The translations under genes were made by a program, and so were the position numbers. A stretch of DNA of 40,706 nucleotides from an uncultured Roseivirgaceae bacterium (GTDB lineage: Bacteria; Bacteroidota; Bacteroidia; Cytophagales; Cyclobacteriaceae): positions 1 through 40,706 of the forward strand of contig CAYGOW010000002.1 of assembly GCA_964351425.1 (NCBI GenBank), given 5' to 3'. The notes beneath the pieces were generated by a model. The model saw only the letters and a program-made list of their open reading frames with translations. It did no database searches and was not told the origin of the DNA. This document shows, piece by piece, positions 29,773 to 38,907 of this stretch. Position 1 is the stretch's first letter, and the number at the start of each line of letters is the position of its first letter.

Positions 29773-31218
29773 ATGGAAGTAATCAGCAATTATATTGACG
29801 GAGAATTTATCGAACCTTTTAACGGACTATACCTGGACAATATAGCTCCAGCTACTGGCAAGGTATACCAGCAAATACCGGATAGCGGGGAAGAGGATGT
29901 CGAGCGGGCAATCAGTGCTGCGAAGAAGGCATTTACCTCGTGGTCGGCTATGCCGGTTGCGCGTAGGAATAAATACCTGCTGGCGATTGCGGATCTTATT
30001 GATCATAATCATGACCGGTTAGCACAAATTGAATCCACCGATAATGGCAAGCCGGTGCGATTGGCCGGAAAAGTGGATATTCCCCGCGCATCGGCTAACA
30101 TGCGGTTTTATGCTACTGCCATGGAGCATTTTCACTCGGAGTCACATTCCTCGCCGGGAATGTTGAACTATACCACCCGGGCTCCGATGGGTGTGGCAGG
30201 CTGCATTTCACCCTGGAATTTACCGCTTTACCTGTTTACCTGGAAAATTGCACCTGCATTGGCAGCGGGCAATACAGTGGTGGCAAAACCTTCCGAGCTT
30301 ACACCGGCCACGGCGTTCGAATTTTGCAAGCTATGCGCGGAAGTTGGACTTCCGCCAGGAGTGCTCAATGTCGTGCATGGCCAGGGGAAACGGGCGGGTG
30401 AACCAATCATTGCGCATCCGGAAGTGAAAGTGATTTCATTTACCGGAGGCACTGCAACCGGAAAGCGGATTGCTTCGATTGCTGCGCCGATGTTTAAAAA
30501 GATGTCCCTTGAACTTGGCGGGAAGAATCCAAATATCGTTTTTGCTGATTGTGACCTGCAGGAAGCAGTCCATCAATCCGTAGCCTCCTCCTTCAGCAAT
30601 CAGGGTGAGATTTGTCTTTGTGGTTCACGCATACTGGTTGAAGACTCAATTTATGACGAATTCCTTAAACACTTTATTGAGGAAACGGCGAAATGGAAGG
30701 TCGGCATACCGGGCGAATCAGATACACGAATAGGAGCGCTGGTTTCTGAAGGTCACCTTGAAAAAATCATGGGGTATGTCGAACTTGCTCAAAAAGAAGG
30801 TGGTCAGATTCGTCATGGTGGAAAGCGAGTACACTTGGACGGGGATTATTCGGGAGGTTATTATTTTGAACCGACTATAATTACCGGGCTGTCAATGGGT
30901 TGTCGCACCAACCAGGAAGAGATATTCGGTCCGGTGGTGACCATTACCCCATTTCATTCTGAAGATCAGGCCCTTGCCATGGCTAATGATTCGTCCTATG
31001 GATTAAGTGCAAGTATCTGGACTTCCAACCTAACGCGTGCACATAAAGTTGCCACCGCATTGGAAGCTGGAATAGTATGGGTAAATTGCTGGTTATTAAG
31101 GGACTTGCGTACTCCGTTTGGCGGCATGAAAATGTCTGGTGTTGGGCGTGAGGGAGGATGGGAGGCACTACGATTTTTCACAGAACCAAAAAACATATGT
31201 TTAAAAATACAGGATTAA
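29773..31218 (+). CDS. NAD-dependent aldehyde dehydrogenase, 2-amino/2-hydroxymuconate semialdehyde dehydrogenase-like (ALDH8 type)
   Basis: Catalytic ELGGKNP and the EICLCGSR cysteine. DIPRASANMRFYA resembles the substrate-carboxylate motif of the HMSD/AMSDH group. ATG 29773 lies 2 nt after the SDR stop. Confidence 0.8.
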   Translation: MEVISNYIDGEFIEPFNGLYLDNIAPATGKVYQQIPDSGEEDVERAISAAKKAFTSWSAMPVARRNKYLLAIADLIDHNHDRLAQIESTDNGKPVRLAGKVDIPRASANMRFYATAMEHFHSESHSSPGMLNYTTRAPMGVAGCISPWNLPLYLFTWKIAPALAAGNTVVAKPSELTPATAFEFCKLCAEVGLPPGVLNVVHGQGKRAGEPIIAHPEVKVISFTGGTATGKRIASIAAPMFKKMSLELGGKNPNIVFADCDLQEAVHQSVASSFSNQGEICLCGSRILVEDSIYDEFLKHFIEETAKWKVGIPGESDTRIGALVSEGHLEKIMGYVELAQKEGGQIRHGGKRVHLDGDYSGGYYFEPTIITGLSMGCRTNQEEIFGPVVTITPFHSEDQALAMANDSSYGLSASIWTSNLTRAHKVATALEAGIVWVNCWLLRDLRTPFGGMKMSGVGREGGWEALRFFTEPKNICLKIQD

Positions 31219-32213
31219 TACTCACCATCACAGGTTGTATAATGCTGTTTGGAACAGCAAAGGTCACAGCCCAGGTAGATTCGTTGGAGATTCGGAAACC
31301 ACCCGTGCTAAGTGATTTGCCGATCATCTATGACAGAAATCAATTGTCGGATGAATTAGCCGCGATGAAAAAGCCGATCCTTAAGCCTTCTCCGGTAGTG
31401 GTATCGACTGTCGAAATGGAAACGCGTCTTGGGAATGCCCCTGCCTTGCAAATGGTTATTCCTGAAACAAGTATAGATAATGTGAAACGAACCTGGCAGC
31501 GGTACCTGAGGAAGGAAGGAGATGGCAAACTTCAGCGTGATGGGAATACGTTGTTCATGGAAGATGTAATGGTGGAAGAGATTTCCTCTGAGTTTTTTAA
31601 TGCTGAGATGCGCTTCGATCAGGATAGCAGCGGAACTGTTGTAAAAATTGCCATGGAGAAAGATTCAGTGATCATGAATCCACAGGATGATAAGGTATTT
31701 TTTGATGCGATGGAAGATTTGCTGGTTAAACGAGGAAAAGAGGCCTATCGGGACAAGGTGGAGGAGGATCTGAATACAGAGCGGGATGTGCTTGATGGCA
31801 TGGAAAAGGAGCTTTCCAACCTGGTGAAAGACAATGAGAAAAGTCACAAGAACATCACAGACAATAATATTGAGATCAATCAGACCAATATGGAAATAGA
31901 CCAGAACGAAATTGAACTGCGTGCCATTACCCAGGAACTTGTCCAAAAGCGCTCTGCTGTTTCCTCGGCTCGCGATAAGGATAGTAAAAAAGCAGCTAAG
32001 AAGGCTGAAAACAGTACCGAAAAGACCCAGAAGAGATTACAAAAAGATCGGGAGAAGATGTTTCAAGGGATTATTGATAGCAAAAGGGAAATAGCCGAGA
32101 GTGAGCAGGATATATCGAGAAACCTGGAAGAACAACGAAATCTGCTATTGAAAATGCATCAGCAAACCTTGTTGATTGAAGCGATTAAGGATAAAATGGA
32201 AGCGATACAATAA
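31197..32213 (+). CDS. Secreted hypothetical protein with long C-terminal coiled coil
   Basis: Signal peptide MFKNTGLILTITGCIMLFGTAKVTAQ. The last 150 aa or so are heptad-like and rich in K/E/Q. The start overlaps the ALDH 3' end by 22 nt. Confidence 0.6.
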   Translation: MFKNTGLILTITGCIMLFGTAKVTAQVDSLEIRKPPVLSDLPIIYDRNQLSDELAAMKKPILKPSPVVVSTVEMETRLGNAPALQMVIPETSIDNVKRTWQRYLRKEGDGKLQRDGNTLFMEDVMVEEISSEFFNAEMRFDQDSSGTVVKIAMEKDSVIMNPQDDKVFFDAMEDLLVKRGKEAYRDKVEEDLNTERDVLDGMEKELSNLVKDNEKSHKNITDNNIEINQTNMEIDQNEIELRAITQELVQKRSAVSSARDKDSKKAAKKAENSTEKTQKRLQKDREKMFQGIIDSKREIAESEQDISRNLEEQRNLLLKMHQQTLLIEAIKDKMEAIQ

Positions 32214-32215
32214 AA

Positions 32216-32235
32216 AACCCCGCGTCTGCGGGGTT
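32216..32235 (-). terminator. Intrinsic terminator between convergent genes (best for ndk)
   Basis: AACCCCGC / GCGGGGTT stem with a 4-nt loop. On the minus strand it is followed by UUUUUAUU. On the + strand the U tail is weak. Confidence 0.8.
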
Positions 32236-32260
32236 CACTTCCTGTTATCTTTTAATGATG

Positions 32261-32683
32261 TTACGCCTGTCGTTCGGGAACCGAGAAAAAGAAATTGCTT
32301 TCAATCTGTGCATTCTCGTCAGAATCTGATCCGTGGATCGCATTTGCTTCGATAGAAGTAGCAAATAACGCCCGGATAGTGCCTTCAGCGGCTTCTTTCG
32401 GATTGGTTGCGCCAATTAGTTTTCTGAAATCCTCCACAGCATTCTCCTTCTCCAGGATCATAGGTATAATTGCCCCTGACGACATATAACTTTTAAGGTC
32501 ATTATAAAAAGGGCGCTCCTTGTGTACCTCATAAAATTTTCCGGCAACCTCAGGAGTCATTCGAGTCATTTTCATTGCGATAACTTTGAAACCAGCGTCT
32601 TCAATCATTTTAATGATTGCACCAGCATTTCCCGCTCCGACTGCGTCGGGCTTAATCATCGTGAAGGTTCTCTGTCCAGCCAT
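32261..32683 (-). CDS. ndk: Nucleoside diphosphate kinase
   Basis: 140 aa. [10 protein letters not shown] and the active-site NAIHGSDS. Confidence 0.96.
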   Translation of the reverse strand: MAGQRTFTMIKPDAVGAGNAGAIIKMIEDAGFKVIAMKMTRMTPEVAGKFYEVHKERPFYNDLKSYMSSGAIIPMILEKENAVEDFRKLIGATNPKEAAEGTIRALFATSIEANAIHGSDSDENAQIESNFFFSVPERQA

Positions 32684-32721
32684 AAGTATATAAGTATCTG
32701 ATTTGTTTATTTTTCGAGGCG

Positions 32722-32729
32722 CAAAATTA
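32722..32729 (-). promoter_or_regulatory. Candidate -7 box (TAATTTTG) upstream of ndk
   Basis: The reverse complement of 32722..32729 matches TAnnTTTG, 38 nt upstream of the ndk ATG. No clear -33 element. Confidence 0.3.
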
Positions 32730-32880
32730 AAGCATAAAAATCAGAAAGCCTCCCGATATTCTTATTTATCCACTTTCTTTTTAAGAATTGGCCTTTTTTG
32801 TATTTAAAATATTTTATGTTGAAATTTGCCGTTTATTTGATGAAAGAACCCAGCGGTTTTGTAGGGGGACAAATGGAATA

Positions 32881-33909
32881 ATGCAAGATTTAAAAGCATT
32901 CAAGGAGCTGATCAGCGAACCAAAAAAGGTTGTAATCACCACTCATCATAAGCCAGATGCAGATGCACTGGGCTCATCATTAGGACTGGCCTCCTATCTT
33001 GAAACGAAAGGTCATCAGGTCAAAGTTATCACTCCCACAGATTATCCGGATTTTCTATCCTGGATGGACGGAAATGACAGGGTATTGATATATTGTGACG
33101 GCAACCAGGAAAAATCGGCGCAAATCGTCAGTGAGGCGGACGTGGTTTTTTGTCTGGACTTCTCCTCCTTGCATCGTATCGATGCGCTTGGAGACGAGGT
33201 AGGTCGCTCCGGTGCCATTAAGGTATTGATTGACCACCATCTGGCGCCGGATGATTTTGCCGAATTCACATTTTGGAGTACGAAGGCGGCGGCGACAGCA
33301 GAACTTATCTACGAATTAATTTGTGATCTGGGAGATCGTGATCTGATTACCAAGGAAATTGCGGAAGCGCTTTATGCTGGGATCATGACAGACACCGGAA
33401 GCTTCAAGCATCCGAATACCACGGAGAATGTATTTCGCGTTTGCGGTGAATTGATCCAATTAGGCGCTGATACGGCAAAAGTATCAAAGCTTATTTACGA
33501 CAATAATTCGATTGACCGAATAAAATTTATTGGATTTGCCCTGAATGAGCGTTTGAAGGTCATCCCTGAATTGCACACGGCATATTTTGCCATTAGTCAG
33601 GCAGATCTGCAACGCTTTCACTCCAGAACGGGTGACACCGAAGGATTGGTCAATTATGCTCTTTCTATACAGGGGATCAAATTTGCTGCGTTGATCACAG
33701 AGCGTGAAGATGCAGTGAAAATGTCTTTCCGGTCCATTGGTGATTTTCCTGTGAATGAATTTGCGGGGAAACATTTTAATGGGGGTGGACACAAGAATGC
33801 AGCCGGAGGGAAAATGGACGCTTCGCTGTCCGAAACCGTCGAAAAATTTGAGGAACTCCTTCAGGTTTATAAAGAAGAATTATCTACGAAAATTAAAGAA
33901 TACGTTTAA
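32881..33909 (+). CDS. nrnA: DHH/DHHA1 phosphoesterase (NrnA-like oligoribonuclease / pAp phosphatase)
   Basis: Motifs HHKPDADALGS, DHH and GGGHKNAAGG. ATG 32881 (MQDLKAF) is the plausible start; the track ORF starts at 32788. Confidence 0.8.
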   Translation: MQDLKAFKELISEPKKVVITTHHKPDADALGSSLGLASYLETKGHQVKVITPTDYPDFLSWMDGNDRVLIYCDGNQEKSAQIVSEADVVFCLDFSSLHRIDALGDEVGRSGAIKVLIDHHLAPDDFAEFTFWSTKAAATAELIYELICDLGDRDLITKEIAEALYAGIMTDTGSFKHPNTTENVFRVCGELIQLGADTAKVSKLIYDNNSIDRIKFIGFALNERLKVIPELHTAYFAISQADLQRFHSRTGDTEGLVNYALSIQGIKFAALITEREDAVKMSFRSIGDFPVNEFAGKHFNGGGHKNAAGGKMDASLSETVEKFEELLQVYKEELSTKIKEYV

Positions 33910-34841
33910 TGAAGAATATTGGGAGAATAGCAGGATTGGTTGTCTTATTGACAATTTTTTTGCAAGGGTGCGGTACGAAAGAAAGAACCACTAAGAACGG
34001 TCTGACCTACACGGTAATTGAAGAAGGAACCGGCAAGACGCCAGTTGATGGCGAATATGTAATGATTAATATGGTTTACGGAGTTGGGGATTCAATATGG
34101 TTTGAAACATCCAGTCGTGGCCCGGTTGTCATACAGAAGGAAGATTCAATCTGGAACCAGGGGGGCATGATTCACGAAATATTCGGCGACATGCGGGTAG
34201 GTGATTCTGTTGCCTTCACTGTTAGTGCCGAGAGCCTGTTTACAAAAACATGGCGTCAGCAAGTCCCTCCGGAAATTAACCCTGAAACCATTTTTAATTT
34301 CAATATCAGGCTGGATTCTGTTTTGGCTAAAGAAGAATATGGAATGTGGCAACAAAAGCGCATGGATGAGGAGTACAAGCGCATGGCTGAGCTTCAGTCA
34401 GAACAGTTGGAAAATGACAGGGCGCTGATTCAAGGATATCTTGCTGAAAATTCCATTGAGGCCCAAGAAACTGAATCGGGCCTTTATTACGTTATTCATG
34501 AAGAAGGTAACGGGCCCGAAGCCAACCCTATGGACACTGTGAGTGTCAATTATACAGGGTACTTGTTGAACGGAGAAATATTTGACTCAAGTTATGAAAG
34601 TGTAGCCCGGGAAAATGGGATGTATCAGGAAGGTCGGGACTATGTGCCTTATGACATCGTTTTAGGACGATCAAGTGTCATTCGTGGCTGGCATGAGGCA
34701 ATTGATTTGCTTAATGAGGGCTCTGAGGCTACGGTTTATATTCCTTCAGGTTTAGGATATGGACCAAATGCCATGGGACCCCAGATTCCGGCTAATTCGG
34801 TTCTGGTTTTTGATTTGGAAATTGTAGATGTTAAGAAATAA
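33909..34841 (+). CDS. FKBP-type peptidyl-prolyl isomerase lipoprotein (degenerate N-terminal FKBP-like domain + canonical C-terminal domain)
   Basis: Signal ending in LQGC. The C-terminal domain carries VNYTGYLLNGEIFDSS...VIRGW...IPSGLGYG. The ATG overlaps the nrnA stop (TAATG). Confidence 0.85.
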   Translation: MKNIGRIAGLVVLLTIFLQGCGTKERTTKNGLTYTVIEEGTGKTPVDGEYVMINMVYGVGDSIWFETSSRGPVVIQKEDSIWNQGGMIHEIFGDMRVGDSVAFTVSAESLFTKTWRQQVPPEINPETIFNFNIRLDSVLAKEEYGMWQQKRMDEEYKRMAELQSEQLENDRALIQGYLAENSIEAQETESGLYYVIHEEGNGPEANPMDTVSVNYTGYLLNGEIFDSSYESVARENGMYQEGRDYVPYDIVLGRSSVIRGWHEAIDLLNEGSEATVYIPSGLGYGPNAMGPQIPANSVLVFDLEIVDVKK

Positions 34842-34842
34842 G

Positions 34843-35703
34843 ATGAAAAATATCGTAATTATCGCCGTGCTTTTTTCGGCGTCGGTTCTATTATCCGGAT
34901 GTTTTGGGACTGATGATATTCAGCCCGGACTGGAACAAAGGTTTATTCAGGAGACGCTTCTCATTGATCAGTATCTTCAGGAGAATAACCTGGATGCTGA
35001 AGTGGATTCTTATTCAACGCTCAGGTTTGAGGAGTTACTGGAAGGCAATGGCCTTGCACCGTATACAGCCAATAGTGTAAATTTAACTTACACTACCACC
35101 TTACTCGCAACAGGGGATACGGTTGAGGTAGAGCAAAATGTCACAATTGACTGGGAGGATTTAATCCTTGGACTCCAAGTAGGGCTTAGAAATGTACGTG
35201 AATCAGGGCGAATGATCCTATACGTACCAAGTGTGCTGGCATATGGTGAGCAGGGCAAGGGTGATATTCCACCGAATGCCATTCTTATCTATGACATTAC
35301 ACTGAATTCGTTTGATCTTCCCCAGCTTCGCAATGAAGTGAGCTTCATTCAGTCTTACCTGAATGACAGCTCAATTACGGCAACGCGACATCCATCGGGT
35401 ATATTTTATCGCATTAATAAACCAGGTGTTGGCGCACGACCAACCTGGAGTAGTGGTGTCCTGGTTGACTATGCCGGGAAGATTATTGAGACCCAGGAAC
35501 CATTTGATCAGGGACAAGGCCGTTCCTTTAACCTTTCGGGCGTAATTCAAGGTTGGCAAATAGGATTGCAGGAAATCGGAGAAGGTGGAGACATTGACTT
35601 ATTTATCCCCTCTACCTTTGCCTATGGCCCTGAAGGTCGTGGTAGTATACCGCCTAATGCAAGTCTCCAATTTAATGTAGAACTTATTTCGGTTTCCAAT
35701 TGA
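34843..35703 (+). CDS. FKBP-type peptidyl-prolyl isomerase lipoprotein with two FKBP-like domains
   Basis: Signal ending in LSGC. There are two FKBP-like repeats (…YVPSVLAYGEQG… and …VIQGWQ…IPSTFAYGPEG…). ATG 34843 is preferred over track start 34828. Confidence 0.85.
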   Translation: MKNIVIIAVLFSASVLLSGCFGTDDIQPGLEQRFIQETLLIDQYLQENNLDAEVDSYSTLRFEELLEGNGLAPYTANSVNLTYTTTLLATGDTVEVEQNVTIDWEDLILGLQVGLRNVRESGRMILYVPSVLAYGEQGKGDIPPNAILIYDITLNSFDLPQLRNEVSFIQSYLNDSSITATRHPSGIFYRINKPGVGARPTWSSGVLVDYAGKIIETQEPFDQGQGRSFNLSGVIQGWQIGLQEIGEGGDIDLFIPSTFAYGPEGRGSIPPNASLQFNVELISVSN

Positions 35704-36290
35704 CCCTTTGCTTCGCAACCAATAACGAACATAAAGTAGAGGAGGTGAAAGCATTGCTGCCGGATTCTTTTACTTTATTAACCCTTGATCAGGTTGGGTG
35801 CAGTGAGGAATTGGCGGAAGAGCAAAGTACACTGGAAGGAAATTCCCTTCAAAAGGCGGAATACGTTTTTAAGAATTATGGAGTCCCGTGTTTTGCCGAT
35901 GACACGGGACTTGAAGTTTTTGCCCTTGATGGTGCTCCTGGCGTCTATTCTGCGCGTTACGCAGGTCCGGCGGCCGATAGTTCGGCAAATATCTCGCTGT
36001 TACTGAAAAACCTGGAAGGTATAAGTGAGCGGCAGGCTCAATTCAGAACAGTCATCACGCTGGTAACCGAAAAGAAGACCCGCCAGTTTGAAGGAACGGT
36101 AAAAGGTAAAATCCGTAAAGAGGAGGTGGGATTCGGAGGCTTTGGGTATGATCCTGTTTTTGAACCCAAAGGATACGACAAAACTTTCAGCGAAATGACT
36201 GCCGCGGAAAAAAATGCCATATCCCACCGGGGGATAGCCGTAGAAAAACTCGTTAAGTATTTGGTAAATCATGAAAATGATTTAATCTAA
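35700..36290 (+). CDS. rdgB: Non-canonical purine NTP pyrophosphatase (RdgB/HAM1)
   Basis: FATNNEHKVEE, FADDTGLEV, GFGYDPVF and SHR motifs. The TTG start overlaps the preceding stop. Confidence 0.9.
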   Translation: MTLCFATNNEHKVEEVKALLPDSFTLLTLDQVGCSEELAEEQSTLEGNSLQKAEYVFKNYGVPCFADDTGLEVFALDGAPGVYSARYAGPAADSSANISLLLKNLEGISERQAQFRTVITLVTEKKTRQFEGTVKGKIRKEEVGFGGFGYDPVFEPKGYDKTFSEMTAAEKNAISHRGIAVEKLVKYLVNHENDLI

Positions 36291-36294
36291 GGGT

Positions 36295-36915
36295 GTGAAA
36301 CCATATATCATTGGCCTGACAGGAGTTAGCGGCTCTGGAAAGACAGCGTTCATTAATCATTTAATTAAAGAATTTCCAGCGGAGAAGATTTGCCTTGTTT
36401 CTCAGGATCATTATTACCATCCCCGCGAGATTCAGCAGACGGACGAGGAAGGTGTGACAAATTTTGATACACCGGAAGCTATCGACCATGTCTCGCTGGT
36501 AGCTGATATTGAACAGTTGAAAGAGGGGAAATCCGTCACTAAAAAGGAGTATACCTTCAACAACCCCAATGTTGTGCCCGATACCTTAACCTTCAGTCCG
36601 GCACCACTCGTAATCATTGAGGGGATATTTGTGCTTCATTATCCTGCCCTGCAGAAATTTATTGACTTGAAAATTTTCATTGATACCAAGAGCCACCTGG
36701 CGCTCAAACGCCGGATTATTCGTGATCAGGTGGAACGTGGCTATGACCTGGAAGATGTACTATATCGCTTTGAACGGCATGTGATGCCTTCGTATGAACG
36801 GTATGTTAAACCTTCAAAAGCGGAGGCGGACATTGTTATACCCAATCACCGGCATTTTCAACAGGCGTTGGAAGTCATCAAAGGATTTCTTCATTACCGA
36901 TTGGATCAGGCATAA
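36295..36915 (+). CDS. udk: Uridine kinase
   Basis: P-loop GVSGSGKT and collinearity with Udk. GTG start. Confidence 0.88.
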   Translation: MKPYIIGLTGVSGSGKTAFINHLIKEFPAEKICLVSQDHYYHPREIQQTDEEGVTNFDTPEAIDHVSLVADIEQLKEGKSVTKKEYTFNNPNVVPDTLTFSPAPLVIIEGIFVLHYPALQKFIDLKIFIDTKSHLALKRRIIRDQVERGYDLEDVLYRFERHVMPSYERYVKPSKAEADIVIPNHRHFQQALEVIKGFLHYRLDQA

Positions 36916-38319
36916 TTATACCTGAACCAATTTCCATTTACCCCGGCGAAATATTATAACACTCACAATAGCGAGTACTACCACGGCAAGTGCAATAGCT
37001 GTAAATATACCCTTAGGTCCAAAATCCAGGGTGACGGCGAGAATATAGGCCAGAGGGATTTCAAAAAACCAAAAACAGAATAGATTAATCAGGGTAGGGG
37101 TTCGTGTATCCCCTGCGCCATTGAAGGACTGCCCAATCACCATTCCGTATGCAAAGAATACATAGCCTGCGCAAATATACCGCAGGCCCATGGCGCCATA
37201 GTAAACCACTTCTGTTTCGGACGAAAAGATCCTGACTAGTTCTTCGGCAAAAATGAAGAAGATAATGCCAACCGTAGTTAGGAAAAGCATATTGTACCAG
37301 GCACATTTCCATACCGATTTTTCGGCCCGGTCGGGGTGACCGGCACCAAGGTTTTGTCCAACCAATGTGGCGGCTGCATTACTGAGACCCCAGGAAGGTA
37401 AGATGGTAAACACAATTATTCTGAAGGCAATGGCATATCCAGCCAATACTTGTGGGCCGAAGATCGCACTCAGGCGGACCAAAAATAGCCAGCTCAAGGT
37501 TCCAATCATGTATTGTCCGATGCCACCCAATGCTATCTTGATGATGTGTTTAATGAGTTTAAAATTAGGGGTGAAATGATGCCACCTGACTTTCACCTGG
37601 CTGCGTTTACCGGATAGTACAAAGAGCTGTATAAGGACAGCGGTTCCTCTTCCAATATTGGTGGCGACTGCGGCTCCTTCTACCCCTAATTCAGGAAAAG
37701 GGCCAATTCCAAAGATAAATAGAGGATCCAGCACGATATTTATCAAATTGGATATCCATAGTACATACATAGCGATGGACGCGTCACCGGCCCCTCGAAA
37801 AATTGAATTGTTGATAAAGAGGAGCATGATGGTAATATTTCCTGCCAACATGATCTGGGTGTACCGATGGCCTTCAGCCACAAGATCCGGTTCGCCACCC
37901 ATTAGGGCGAGTATTTCTTTGGAGTAGAAAATACCGGCCATACTGAAAATCACAGACAGCACAACGGTAAGCATAATGGTTTGTGCAGCCGCATCAGCTG
38001 CCGCATCCGGAAGATGCTCGCCTGTCCTGCGGGCAACCAGTGCTGTGGCAGCCATACTTAAGCCAATGGAGAACGCGTATACGATCATCACTACGGACTC
38101 GGTCAGAGCCACCGTAGCGATGGCATTCACACTCACTTTACCCACGAAGTAGATATCGACCACGGCAAAAAGTGATTCCATCACCATCGCCAGTATCATT
38201 GGAATAGCCAGCAATACGATTGCACGATTCAGACTGCCGGAAGTGAAATTCTTTTCAGTCCCCCGTATTGCTTCGTTGAATAGGTTTATACCCTCCCGAA
38301 TTGTATCTAAAATCCTCAT
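36916..38319 (-). CDS. MATE family efflux transporter
   Basis: 467 aa with 12 predicted TM segments in two homologous halves, typical of NorM/DinF-type MATE proteins. Confidence 0.85.
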   Translation of the reverse strand: MRILDTIREGINLFNEAIRGTEKNFTSGSLNRAIVLLAIPMILAMVMESLFAVVDIYFVGKVSVNAIATVALTESVVMIVYAFSIGLSMAATALVARRTGEHLPDAAADAAAQTIMLTVVLSVIFSMAGIFYSKEILALMGGEPDLVAEGHRYTQIMLAGNITIMLLFINNSIFRGAGDASIAMYVLWISNLINIVLDPLFIFGIGPFPELGVEGAAVATNIGRGTAVLIQLFVLSGKRSQVKVRWHHFTPNFKLIKHIIKIALGGIGQYMIGTLSWLFLVRLSAIFGPQVLAGYAIAFRIIVFTILPSWGLSNAAATLVGQNLGAGHPDRAEKSVWKCAWYNMLFLTTVGIIFFIFAEELVRIFSSETEVVYYGAMGLRYICAGYVFFAYGMVIGQSFNGAGDTRTPTLINLFCFWFFEIPLAYILAVTLDFGPKGIFTAIALAVVVLAIVSVIIFRRGKWKLVQV

Positions 38320-38433
38320 TTAAAACGAATTGGTATTGATTACTCTACGGATGCGTGGGTAGTGTTGCGCTTACTTTAACCCGTCGGTATACTATCTTGA
38401 GCAATGGCCTGTCACGCATTCTGAGGCAAATTA

Positions 38434-38463
38434 TTGTTTTATTATTGATTATACCTACATTTG
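38434..38463 (+). promoter_or_regulatory. Candidate Bacteroidota promoter (TTG-N19-TACATTTG) abutting ORF 38473
   Basis: The -7 box TAcaTTTG is at 38456..38463 and TTG at 38434..38436. The box ends only 9 nt before ATG 38473. Motif match only. Confidence 0.35.
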
Positions 38464-38472
38464 TAGCCCAAA

Positions 38473-38835
38473 ATGAAAGGTTATTCTTCCATAGTTCGAT
38501 TCAAGTTCCGTACCGGCATTCTGTTAGGTCTGTTAGCGGCTGTAGCGATCCTTGCTACAGACATTACCTCTGTTTCCTATCAGGCGGTAATTGAGTCGCA
38601 TGCGCAGGCAGACGATACGGCTAACGGGGAAGACCAGGATAACACCCAGATCACGGCAGAAAAGAATCTTGTTGCCAGTGTCTCACAACTTACAATTCAT
38701 CATGGATGGCATTTTATCGCTGAGATCTATTTTGATGATGAGCAGGATCGGGACATAAGTGGACTGGATGTCAGGGAGTACAATACGTGGTTCCGGACAC
38801 TTTTCCGAACCATTATATCTCCTAATGCCCCATAG
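38473..38835 (+). CDS. Hypothetical small membrane-anchored protein
   Basis: 120 aa. One N-terminal TM (GILLGLLAAVAILATDITSV), an acidic linker and a C-terminal region of about 50 aa. No family recognised. Coding status is inferred from ORF length and position only. Confidence 0.45.
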   Translation: MKGYSSIVRFKFRTGILLGLLAAVAILATDITSVSYQAVIESHAQADDTANGEDQDNTQITAEKNLVASVSQLTIHHGWHFIAEIYFDDEQDRDISGLDVREYNTWFRTLFRTIISPNAP

Positions 38836-38854
38836 CCTGCTGAAGGTATTCCAA

Positions 38855-38862
38855 TATTTTTG
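38855..38862 (+). promoter_or_regulatory. Candidate -7 box (TATTTTTG) upstream of secDF
   Basis: TAnnTTTG match 46 nt upstream of ATG 38908. No obvious -33 TTG. Confidence 0.3.
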
Positions 38863-38907
38863 CCAATCGGCAACCAATTCAATTAAACACTAAAATTTTT
38901 ATTTATT

